This document shows, one piece after another, positions 27,798 through 35,656 of a stretch of DNA of 64,000 nt (positions are counted from its first letter, which is position 1; each line of letters begins with the position of its first letter). The notes under the pieces are model-generated. The model ran no database searches. It was given only the letters and a program-made list of their open reading frames with translations, and was not told the origin of the DNA. Source of the stretch: an uncultured Clostridia bacterium (GTDB lineage Bacteria; Bacillota; Clostridia; Oscillospirales; Ruminococcaceae); assembly GCA_947588805.1 (NCBI GenBank), contig CANPYR010000006.1, forward strand, positions 7,595 through 71,594, given 5' to 3'. The position numbers were made by a program, and so were the translations under genes.

Positions 27798-28937
27798 CTA
27801 TCCGAGAAGCTCCTCAAGGCACTTTCCGGAATCCATCACCGCTTGCGCGTTTTCAAGTCCCACGTACCTGTAGTGCCACGGCTCGTATATGTAGCCGGTG
27901 ATATCCTCTTTTCCTTTAGGATATCTTAACACAAATCCGTATTCTGCGCAGTGCTCGATAAGCCAGGAGAATTCCTCGGTGTTTTCAAATTCCTCGTAGG
28001 TATCCCAGTGGTTGTAATCTATTATATCCACCGCAAGACCGGCGTTATGTTCGCTTCCCCCGGGAGGAGCGATATTTATCGATACGTCGTAATACGCTTC
28101 GTCGTAGGACATGCCGTAGTCGTTCATTCTCTGCTTGACGTTTCTGTCGAAAAGATTTTTCTGGTAGTCGATAGTTCTGTACGCGGAGAGAACCTTTAAA
28201 TCTATCCCGTCCTCCTTGGCGGCGGCTATCATATCCCGGCAGTGCTTAGCGGCGACCGCTTCAAGCTCGTAGCTGCCCTGGACGTAGTCGGTCTCTATTG
28301 AATAGTCGTCCGGCAGGAACACCTGTTTATTCACCAAAAAATAATAGTCCTCGTCGTTTTCAAACCTGTACCCTTCCGGAAGAGCTATCTGAGTTTCCGG
28401 CACTACCGGTTTCTCCGGAGAAAGATACTCCGCGTATGCGCAAGCCTTCACGCCGTTAAAGATTAGAACGTACCAGCTCCCGTCATAAGTTCTTCCAATG
28501 ACCTCGGCGCTGTCGCCGGGATTGAGCTGTCCTACGATCTTGGCTTCCGTGGAGGGATATTCCCTTACGTTAAGGGTAGCGGTAGCGAACAGTTCGGCGC
28601 TCATGCTGTCGAAAGCGAAATCTTTAGGATCCGAAGTCGTGATCAATTCTTCAGTTTCCTCCTCTGAGACAGTAGGAGCTTCCGTATTTTCCGGCAGCGT
28701 CTCGGAAACGGTCTCGGTATCCGAAACGACCGTCTCGGCGCTTGACTCTTCGGGAGCTTCGGAACTGCTATCCGCCGAAGTATCGAATACCGGAGAAATT
28801 TCCGTCGGGGGAGTATTCACGGTTATATCGCCGGAGGAAAGAGGAGATCTGTCCCGAACGGCGCAGCCCGAAAGCAGCAGCGCGGAAAGCGCGGAAGCGA
28901 AAAACAGTTGTTTAGCGTTTGTTTTGATTATCTTCAT
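27798..28937 (-). CDS. Lipoprotein with an SH3 domain and a VanY/M15B D-Ala-D-Ala carboxypeptidase domain
   Basis: 379 aa. Lipobox LLSGC. S/E/T-rich linker. SH3-like ATLNVREYPS...GDSAEVIG. M15B motifs SAYR, SEHNAGLAVDI, EPWHYRYVG. Confidence 0.85.
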   Translation of the reverse strand: MKIIKTNAKQLFFASALSALLLSGCAVRDRSPLSSGDITVNTPPTEISPVFDTSADSSSEAPEESSAETVVSDTETVSETLPENTEAPTVSEEETEELITTSDPKDFAFDSMSAELFATATLNVREYPSTEAKIVGQLNPGDSAEVIGRTYDGSWYVLIFNGVKACAYAEYLSPEKPVVPETQIALPEGYRFENDEDYYFLVNKQVFLPDDYSIETDYVQGSYELEAVAAKHCRDMIAAAKEDGIDLKVLSAYRTIDYQKNLFDRNVKQRMNDYGMSYDEAYYDVSINIAPPGGSEHNAGLAVDIIDYNHWDTYEEFENTEEFSWLIEHCAEYGFVLRYPKGKEDITGYIYEPWHYRYVGLENAQAVMDSGKCLEELLG

Positions 28938-29100
28938 TTTTTAAAGTCCTTCTTTGCGCGGCGGGAGAAGCCCTGCCGAAAATTTATTCCCGCCCGGGTA
29001 ATCGCGTTATCCCGAACCGTCGATTCTATTTTATCACATAATTCCGAAAATTTCAATAACAAACTTATTAAGAATGCGTTACAAATGGGTAACAGATCAG

Positions 29101-29422
29101 AAAGGAAAGCGGCGGGGTGATTTGCTGCCATTTTATGTAACCGCCGCCGACTGCTCACCCCCGCAAATCCCCCCGCCGCCCAACTTTCTATCTTCTAACC
29201 CTCTAACTCTCTATCCTCTATAATCTGTCATCTGACTTCTGTCTTCTGTCATCTAAAAGGAAAGCGGCGGGGTGATTTGCTGCCATTTTATGTAACCGCC
29301 GCCGACTGCGCCCACCCGCCATCCCTAACCCGCAAATCCCCCCGCCGCCCAACTTTCTATCTTCTAACCCTCTAACCCTCTATCCTCTATAATCTGTCAT
29401 CTGACTTCTGATTTCTGTCTTC
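29101..29422. repeat. Tandem duplication (units 29101-29255 and 29256-29422) of a mosaic element: GC-rich hairpin module plus 7-nt arrays
   Basis: Each unit reads aaaggaaagcggcggggtgatttgctgccattttatgtaaccgccgccgactgc...cgcaaatccccccgccgcccaactttctatcttctaaccctctaac...tatcctctataatctgtcatctgacttctg...tcttct. Unit 2 has a ~14-nt insertion. The second unit ends at the spoIIP RBS. Confidence 0.92.
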
Positions 29423-29437
29423 TAAAAGGAGGTATAT

Positions 29438-30613
29438 ATGAAAAATAAAAACAAAAACGGTTCGGACTATTCGTTCGGGATCTTCGCCGCCGCTGCGGTC
29501 TTTACCGTTCTGACGGTGTTCTCGGGATCGCTATTGAGACTCCCCGACTCAGGATATGCAAAAGGTCTCGCGGTTATGTCTGCGCGGCTTATGAGTATCG
29601 GCTCGCAGCTTAAAAATACGCAGGAACAGGATGAAAACACGCTGGAGGAGCCGCAGCGCGCGCCGGTAATAAGGGAAAAAACCGCAAGACGGCTTATAGC
29701 GCTTTCCGGCTTCGGAGCTTGGGATATCGAAGCCGCGCCGGATGAAACGGAGCCTGATGATGATGAAACCGAGGAAGCGGCGGACGAAGACGGCAATTTC
29801 AAGCTTGAATATCCCGAAAGCTTGGGAGAAAGCGGCGGGAAGATCATAAGAAAGACGTATACATACCGTCCGTCCGCGACATATCTTGAGCTTCCCGGCG
29901 GGGGAATGCTCAGAAACTGCACAGATATCGATCCCGAGTATCTTTTGGAGCAGGCGCAGAGAAAGCCTGATTTTTCTTCGGATGAAAACGGTCCGCTCGT
30001 GCTTATTATGCATACCCACACGACCGAAAGCTATGAACCGACCGAGAGAGACAGATACGATAAGGATTTTTCTTCAAGAACGACAGATCTTGAAAAGAGC
30101 GTCGCGAAGGTCGGAGAGATGATAGCAAACGAGCTTGAAAAAGAGGGGATAGGAGTTATACACGACGTTACGGTCCATGATTATCCGAGATACACCGGAG
30201 CTTACGACAGAAGCGCGGAGACGGTGAGGGGATATCTTGAAAAATATCCGTCTATAAAAATTGTTATAGACGTTCACCGCGACGCAATAGAAGAGGACGG
30301 AGTGAGATACGCCCCGGTAGTGGAGATTGACGGAAGGTCGGCCGCGCAGGTGATGATAATTTCGGGCTGCAAAAACGTCCCGCAGTACAGATATAATTTA
30401 AGGATAGCAGCGCGGCTTCAGTCGCAGATGGAGAGCGATTATCCCGGACTTACAAGGCCGATACTGTTTGACGAGAGAAATTATAATCAGGAGTATACGC
30501 ACGGAAGCTTTCTTATAGAGATGGGTTCGAGCGCGAATTCCCTCGCCGAAGCTCTTTACAGCGGCGAGCTTGTAGGAAAAAGTCTTGCCAAAACGATAAA
30601 AGCCCTCGATTAG
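29438..30613 (+). CDS. spoIIP: Stage II sporulation protein P (SpoIIP amidase family)
   Basis: 391 aa. N-terminal TM helix. Conserved core LIMHTHTTESY, VIDVHRD, FLIEMGSSANS. Confidence 0.85.
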   Translation: MKNKNKNGSDYSFGIFAAAAVFTVLTVFSGSLLRLPDSGYAKGLAVMSARLMSIGSQLKNTQEQDENTLEEPQRAPVIREKTARRLIALSGFGAWDIEAAPDETEPDDDETEEAADEDGNFKLEYPESLGESGGKIIRKTYTYRPSATYLELPGGGMLRNCTDIDPEYLLEQAQRKPDFSSDENGPLVLIMHTHTTESYEPTERDRYDKDFSSRTTDLEKSVAKVGEMIANELEKEGIGVIHDVTVHDYPRYTGAYDRSAETVRGYLEKYPSIKIVIDVHRDAIEEDGVRYAPVVEIDGRSAAQVMIISGCKNVPQYRYNLRIAARLQSQMESDYPGLTRPILFDERNYNQEYTHGSFLIEMGSSANSLAEALYSGELVGKSLAKTIKALD

Positions 30614-30768
30614 AGGACAGAAGTCAGAAGTCAGAAGTCAGAGGACAGGCGGCGGGATTCGCTGCTTTTTATGAAACCGTTACCAACTGCGCCCTCCCGC
30701 CCGCCCTCCCCCGCAAATCCCGCCGCCGGTATCCCAACTAACAACTAACCACTAACAACTAACAACTA
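30611..30768. repeat. Mosaic element: TCAGARG array, 12-bp inverted repeat GGCGGCGGGATT/AATCCCGCCGCC flanking a GC-rich core, then CTAACAA array
   Basis: Starts with the spoIIP TAG stop (tagaggacagaagtcagaagtcagaagtcagaggacagg). Ends caactaacaactaaccactaacaactaacaacta, 2 nt before the TTGACA at 30771. Confidence 0.9.
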
Positions 30769-30770
30769 TA

Positions 30771-30799
30771 TTGACATCTCCTTTAAAATATGATAAAAT
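30771..30799 (+). promoter_or_regulatory. Promoter TTGACA-N17-TAAAAT
   Basis: Direct reading. Upstream of the GH127 gene. Confidence 0.6.
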
Positions 30800-30887
30800 A
30801 AGTGACAGCGTAAAAATTGCGCTCGGTAAATTTACTTTTCTGTCACTGGACATTATACCTAAATCAAAAAGGACGAGGAGATAAGTT

Positions 30888-32795
30888 ATGCTTAATATGC
30901 CTAATCAATGCCAAAAATTCGGGTTTTTCCCGCTCGGTTCAATCGTTCCCACCGATCCGTATTCGCAAAATGCTATAAAAAAAGAAACGGAATATCTTAA
31001 GTCGTTCGATATCGATCGCGTGCTCGCGGGATTTCGTAAAAACGCCGGAATAAAGACCGAAGCCGAACCGTACGGCGGCTGGGAGAGCCTTCTTATCGGC
31101 GGTCACGCTATGGGACATTATTTCTCCGCTCTCGCGCAGTCCTGCGTGAACAGGGCTTTGCCGGACGAGGATCGCAAGACTCTTAAAGGCATGCTCGACA
31201 GGATTATCGACGGCCTTGCGGATTGCCAGCTTCCGAACGGCTTTTTGTGGGCGGGAAAGATCTTGGATCCCGAAAATATCGAGATACAGTTTGATAACGT
31301 CGAAAAGGGCAAATGCCAGCTCTTTACCGAAGCCTGGGTGCCGTGGTATACTATGCATAAGATCTTCGGCGGTCTTTTGGCTGCGTATGAGTTCGCGGGC
31401 TCCGAAAAGGCTCTCAATATCGCGAAAAAGCTCGGAGATTGGGTCTATAACCGCGCCGTCAAGTGGGATGAGGATACCAGAAAGACCGTGCTCTCTATCG
31501 AGTACGGCGGCATGAACGACGTTCTTTACGAGCTGTACCGCTTTACCGGGATAGACCGATATGCAGCTGCGGCTCACGCTTTTGACGAAGAACAGCTGTT
31601 TTCGGATATCCTCACCGGCCGCGAAAATCTTCTCACAGGCCGTCATGCGAATACCACCATCCCGAAAATTATCGGAATGCTTAAAAGATATACCGTATGC
31701 CAGGGTAAGACTATCACAGCTTCCGTGATCGGGGCGTGGAAGAAGGACGTGAATCCCGAAAACGCCGAAAAGCCCGTCACCCAGACGGTGGAAGCTTCCG
31801 GATATCTTGAAGTCGCGAAGCTCTTTTGGGATAACGTTATAAAGCATCATACCTACCACACCGGCGGCAATTCGGAGTGGGAGCACTTCCGCGAGGACGA
31901 TAAGCTTGATAAGAACCGCACCAACGCGAACTGCGAGACCTGCAACGTTTATAACATGATAAAGCTCACAAAAGAGCTCTTCACTGTCACCGGCGAGAGA
32001 AAGTACGCGGACTATCTTGAGACAGCATATATAAATCACATACTCGCTTCACAGAATCCCGATACGGGAATGACTACCTACTTCCAGGCGATGGCGACGG
32101 GGTACTTCAAGGTGTTTTCAAGCCCCTGGGACGACTTCTGGTGCTGCACGGGTTCAGGCATGGAGAACTTCACCAAATTAGGAGAGCTTCTTGCCGCAGG
32201 AGACAAAAACAGGATAACCGTTCTGAGCTATATGCCGTTCGAGCTTAAGGCTGATGGGATAGAAGCGGAGCTGTGCGGAGACGCAGCGAGAGAAGGCAGG
32301 TCGGTGCTTAAGATAAAGAGCGGGGAGAAGATAAGGATCAGGCTCAGGATCCCCGACTGGACCACCTGCGAGCCGGAGATACTTATAAACGGCTGCTCGG
32401 CGGGGATACTTGTACGCGGAGGATTTGCGGAGCTTGAAAAGCCGCTTTCAAAGGGCGACAGCGTAGAGATCAGGCTTTCGTCGGCGTTAAAAGCGCTGAG
32501 TCTAACGGACAGCGAAGATACGGTAGCGCTCAAATACGGTCCGTATCTCTTAGCGGCGGAATTGGGCGACAGCGACATGAGCACCTATCGCGGAGGAGTA
32601 GCGGTAGCGTTTGCGGAAAAGAGCGTTTCGGACGGAGTCCTGAAGCTTAACGTAAGCGCGGGGGAATTCAAGAAAAACCCCGAAAAGTACGCAAAGAACG
32701 TCGGAAACATAGAGTACGAGCTTGGCGGCATGAAATTTATTCCCTATTATCTGATAAAGAACAGATACGGAATTTATTGGAAAATCGAAGAATAA
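30888..32795 (+). CDS. GH127-family (DUF1680) beta-L-arabinofuranosidase-like glycoside hydrolase
   Basis: 635 aa. GHAMGHY. Zn/catalytic Cys motifs CETCN and WCCTGSG. Confidence 0.85.
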   Translation: MLNMPNQCQKFGFFPLGSIVPTDPYSQNAIKKETEYLKSFDIDRVLAGFRKNAGIKTEAEPYGGWESLLIGGHAMGHYFSALAQSCVNRALPDEDRKTLKGMLDRIIDGLADCQLPNGFLWAGKILDPENIEIQFDNVEKGKCQLFTEAWVPWYTMHKIFGGLLAAYEFAGSEKALNIAKKLGDWVYNRAVKWDEDTRKTVLSIEYGGMNDVLYELYRFTGIDRYAAAAHAFDEEQLFSDILTGRENLLTGRHANTTIPKIIGMLKRYTVCQGKTITASVIGAWKKDVNPENAEKPVTQTVEASGYLEVAKLFWDNVIKHHTYHTGGNSEWEHFREDDKLDKNRTNANCETCNVYNMIKLTKELFTVTGERKYADYLETAYINHILASQNPDTGMTTYFQAMATGYFKVFSSPWDDFWCCTGSGMENFTKLGELLAAGDKNRITVLSYMPFELKADGIEAELCGDAAREGRSVLKIKSGEKIRIRLRIPDWTTCEPEILINGCSAGILVRGGFAELEKPLSKGDSVEIRLSSALKALSLTDSEDTVALKYGPYLLAAELGDSDMSTYRGGVAVAFAEKSVSDGVLKLNVSAGEFKKNPEKYAKNVGNIEYELGGMKFIPYYLIKNRYGIYWKIEE

Positions 32796-32810
32796 AAGCG
32801 ACTGTAAAGG

Positions 32811-32839
32811 AGATTCCCGAAAGGGAATCTTCTTTTTCT
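32811..32839 (+). terminator. Intrinsic terminator of the GH127 gene
   Basis: Stem agattccc/gggaatct, GAAA loop, then tctttttct. Confidence 0.85.
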
Positions 32840-32842
32840 ACG

Positions 32843-32920
32843 CTTCTAACTTCTATCTTCTAACCCTCTAACCCTCTAACTTCTAATCTGCCTTCTGATT
32901 TCTGATTTCTGTCCTCTAAT
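32843..32920. repeat. 7-nt array, about eleven CTTCTAA/CCTCTAA/TTCTGAT units, between a terminator and a promoter
   Basis: cttctaacttctatcttctaaccctctaaccctctaacttctaatctgccttctgatttctgatttctgtcctctaat. Confidence 0.95.
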
Positions 32921-32925
32921 CGCCC

Positions 32926-32954
32926 TTGCATTTTCCGAAAGAACATGATATAAT
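32926..32954 (+). promoter_or_regulatory. Promoter TTGCAT-N17-TATAAT
   Basis: Direct reading. Lies 5 nt after the array and upstream of the flavodoxin gene. Confidence 0.65.
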
Positions 32955-33026
32955 ATCCCCAAAGGCGCTCTCGCCGCTAATCCCGGCAGGGGCTCGCCTG
33001 CAATCGAAAGGAGATCGCTTATCGCT

Positions 33027-33518
33027 ATGAAAACTCTTGTAATTTATTATTCAACAGGTTCCTCCACCGAGGAAGCCGCCCTTCGCCTTGCCAAGGAATT
33101 CTCCGCGGATACCGAAAAAATCTCTACCGTCGAGGAATATCCCAAGGATAACGAAGCCATGCTCGCGCAGGCTCAGAAAGAGGTCGAGTCGGGATATACT
33201 CCGGAAATAAAGCCGCTTTCCAAAAATCCCGCGGACTATGACGTTATCTTTATCGGCACCCCTACCTGGTGGTATACTATGGCTCCGGCAGTCCTTACGC
33301 TTCTTAGGAGCGTGAGCTTTGCGGGTAAAACCGTCCTTCCGTTCCAGACTCATGTCGGACAGCCAGGTCACGTTATTCCGGATATGCGAAAAGAGCTCAA
33401 GGGCGCGATGGTATTTTCGGGATTAAGGCTTGAATACGACGGCAATAAACTCTCTCCGCGTTCAGAAACCGAGTTTACGGAATGGACGGCGGCCGTTAAG
33501 AAAGAAATTTATAAATAA
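33027..33518 (+). CDS. Flavodoxin-family protein
   Basis: 163 aa. MKTLVIYYSTGSSTE and GTPTWWY segments. Confidence 0.8.
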   Translation: MKTLVIYYSTGSSTEEAALRLAKEFSADTEKISTVEEYPKDNEAMLAQAQKEVESGYTPEIKPLSKNPADYDVIFIGTPTWWYTMAPAVLTLLRSVSFAGKTVLPFQTHVGQPGHVIPDMRKELKGAMVFSGLRLEYDGNKLSPRSETEFTEWTAAVKKEIYK

Positions 33519-33610
33519 GCTTTGATAGGTCCGAGATTTTTTGACGAAATATATTTATATATATAATATATAAGAATCTTAAATAATAATTCCGAAAGGC
33601 GGTTTTAAAA

Positions 33611-34231
33611 ATGTTGACGCTCATGTTGAACGGAAGCCCGCGAGCAAACGGAAACACCGCGCTTGCGCTTGCGGAGATGAAAAAAATTTTTGACAAAAAC
33701 GGCGTAGAAACCGAGATCATCCATGTCGGAAATCAGGACGTCAGGGGATGTACGGCATGCATGAAATGCGCCGAGACCGGAAAGTGCGTTTTTGACGATA
33801 TCGTGAACGAGACGCTCCCGAAGCTTGAAAAGGCCGACGGGATCGTTATCGCGAGCCCGGTGTATTACGCTTCCCCGAACGGGACGCTTCTTTCGTTTCT
33901 TGACAGGCTATTCTACGCTTCGCGCGCGGACAAGACGATGAAAGTAGGAGCGAGCGTTGCGGTCGCAAGAAGAGGAGGATGCACGGCGACGTTTGACGTT
34001 TTGAATAAATATTTCACGATAAGCGGAATGCCTATCGCTTCGAGCCAGTACTGGAACATGGTCCACGGCCGGACTCCCGGACAGGCCGCGGCCGACGAAG
34101 AGGGAATGCAGACCATGCGGACGCTTGCCGAGAATATGACGTTTTTGATGAGGGCGATAGAGCTCGGAAAAGAGAAATTCGGGCTCCCCGAGAAGGAAAA
34201 AGTACGGGCTTGGACTAATTTTGTCAGGTGA
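33611..34231 (+). CDS. NAD(P)H-dependent FMN reductase / iron-sulfur flavoprotein-like
   Basis: 206 aa. LNGSPRANGNT. Cys cluster CTACMKCAETGKC. Confidence 0.8.
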   Translation: MLTLMLNGSPRANGNTALALAEMKKIFDKNGVETEIIHVGNQDVRGCTACMKCAETGKCVFDDIVNETLPKLEKADGIVIASPVYYASPNGTLLSFLDRLFYASRADKTMKVGASVAVARRGGCTATFDVLNKYFTISGMPIASSQYWNMVHGRTPGQAAADEEGMQTMRTLAENMTFLMRAIELGKEKFGLPEKEKVRAWTNFVR

Positions 34232-34232
34232 A

Positions 34233-34322
34233 ATAGACAGAGGACAGATAACAGAAATCAGAGGACAGAAAGGTGTGAGCGTGCAATTTCTGACTTCTGA
34301 AATCTGAATTCTGACATCTAAT
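34233..34322. repeat. Inverted pair of 7-nt arrays between convergent genes (possible bidirectional terminator-like hairpin)
   Basis: atagacagaggacagataacagaaatcagaggacagaa / 16-nt loop / tttctgacttctgaaatctgaattctgacatctaat. By eye the arms are roughly two-thirds complementary. Confidence 0.85.
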
Positions 34323-34327
34323 TGCTT

Positions 34328-35470
34328 TTATACTCTGAAAATAAATCCGAATACCCGTTTCATCCCGATAAAGAAATTCATCTTTCGGATATCCTCGGCG
34401 GCTACTATCCGCACCGAGAAAAGCTCCTCGCCGTCAACGCTGTAGATCGCCCTTCCGACCTCGTCTCCCTTTTTTATCGGCGCTTTTAACTTCTCCCCGT
34501 ACTCGATACTTATATCCAGCTTATCCTTCTGCGACTTTCTTATCACAAAGGCCTGCGCGCTCTGCGCTTCGCTTATCACCTCGGTTTTTTCCCCGCCGTC
34601 TATTCTGACCGGCTCCGTCCAAAGCTCTCCGCGCTTCGGCTTGTAGATCATGTACGCCGAAAAGCCCGCGTTGAGCTTTTCTTTTGCAGTCGCGAACAGC
34701 GTGTTTTCATCCCTCTCGCCGAATATCACGCATACAATCTTTAGTCCGTCCCGCTCCGCGGCGGCTATAAGGCAGTTTTCGGTTTTTTTAGAATAATATT
34801 CCTTCATTCCCTTAATGCCGTTATAAGAAAGAATCAGCCTGTTAGTTGAAGCAAGCTGAGTTTTTCCGTCTCTTACAGAGTCCAGCCAGGTGGTGAAATA
34901 TACGCTCAGGCTGTCATGCTCCAAAAGAGCCGAAGCGAGAATAGCGGTATCTTCGGCGGTGGTAACTGTTCTTTCATCGGTTCCCGTGCAGTCAAAATAC
35001 TCCGTTCCGACCATCCCGAGCTTTTCGGCGCGGGCGTTCATCATTTTAGTAAAGCCATCTTCGGTTTGTCCCAAGGCTTCCGCTAAAACGGTGCACGCGT
35101 CGTTCGCATTTCCTATAGTTATGGATTTCACCAGCTCCTCTACGGAGATTTCTTCGCCCGGCATAAGCCAGATCTGCGCTCCCTGCTTTGAATTTGCGTG
35201 TTCGGACGTTTTTAACACGGTATCGTAAGAAAGTTTCCCGTCGCGCATGGCTTCGGCGGTAAGTAAGAGAGTCATGAGCTTCGCGGAGTGATGAGCGGGA
35301 AAGCTTGCGGAGCCGTTTTCGGAATATAAAAGCGTGGAAGTGTTTCCCTCCATTAAGACATAGGAATAGGGGACGGTTACGGCGGCCTCGGCATGCTCGG
35401 CGAAGCAGGTAAGCGGAACGCTGCATATGATAAGACAGAGGGAAAGAATTATTGCGGAGAGCTTTTTCAT
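34328..35470 (-). CDS. PBP5/DacB-like protein with degenerate catalytic motifs (probable pseudo-enzyme)
   Basis: 380 aa with a signal peptide and overall S11 carboxypeptidase layout. The SxxK position reads HSAK, SxN reads NAN (IGNANDA) and KTG reads KEY (GMKEYYS). Confidence 0.8.
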   Translation of the reverse strand: MKKLSAIILSLCLIICSVPLTCFAEHAEAAVTVPYSYVLMEGNTSTLLYSENGSASFPAHHSAKLMTLLLTAEAMRDGKLSYDTVLKTSEHANSKQGAQIWLMPGEEISVEELVKSITIGNANDACTVLAEALGQTEDGFTKMMNARAEKLGMVGTEYFDCTGTDERTVTTAEDTAILASALLEHDSLSVYFTTWLDSVRDGKTQLASTNRLILSYNGIKGMKEYYSKKTENCLIAAAERDGLKIVCVIFGERDENTLFATAKEKLNAGFSAYMIYKPKRGELWTEPVRIDGGEKTEVISEAQSAQAFVIRKSQKDKLDISIEYGEKLKAPIKKGDEVGRAIYSVDGEELFSVRIVAAEDIRKMNFFIGMKRVFGFIFRV

Positions 35471-35574
35471 TTTTCATATGACCTCGATTTATGGATTTGT
35501 AAAGGTGTATGCGTAAGGTCGGGAAAATATGAAAGGGGAGGGGAGCGATGTGATGAGCTGCTTTAGAAGCAGTC

Positions 35575-35617
35575 AAAAAAGGGGGAGAACGCCGCAGGCG
35601 TTCTCCCCCTATCTTTT
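35575..35617 (-). terminator. Intrinsic terminator of the ABC/small-protein/ABC operon (bidirectional shape)
   Basis: 12-bp stem gggggagaacgc/gcgttctccccc. A6 lies on the plus-strand 5' side, giving a U-run on the minus strand. About 40 nt after the stop at 35657. Confidence 0.8.
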
Positions 35618-35656
35618 GCATACGCTGTCCCGCACGGATTATGCGGACTTTTTTAT

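Noticed and set aside
28908-29158. ORFs 28908..29120 (+) and 28934..29158 (-)
   Set aside because: They run through the promoter region and the first mosaic repeat unit. There are no RBSs and they overlap each other.
30939-32039. 366-aa ORF on the minus strand
   Set aside because: It is entirely antisense to the GH127 gene, which has clear family motifs. The antisense translation is low-complexity and Arg/Gly/Ile-rich, with no RBS.
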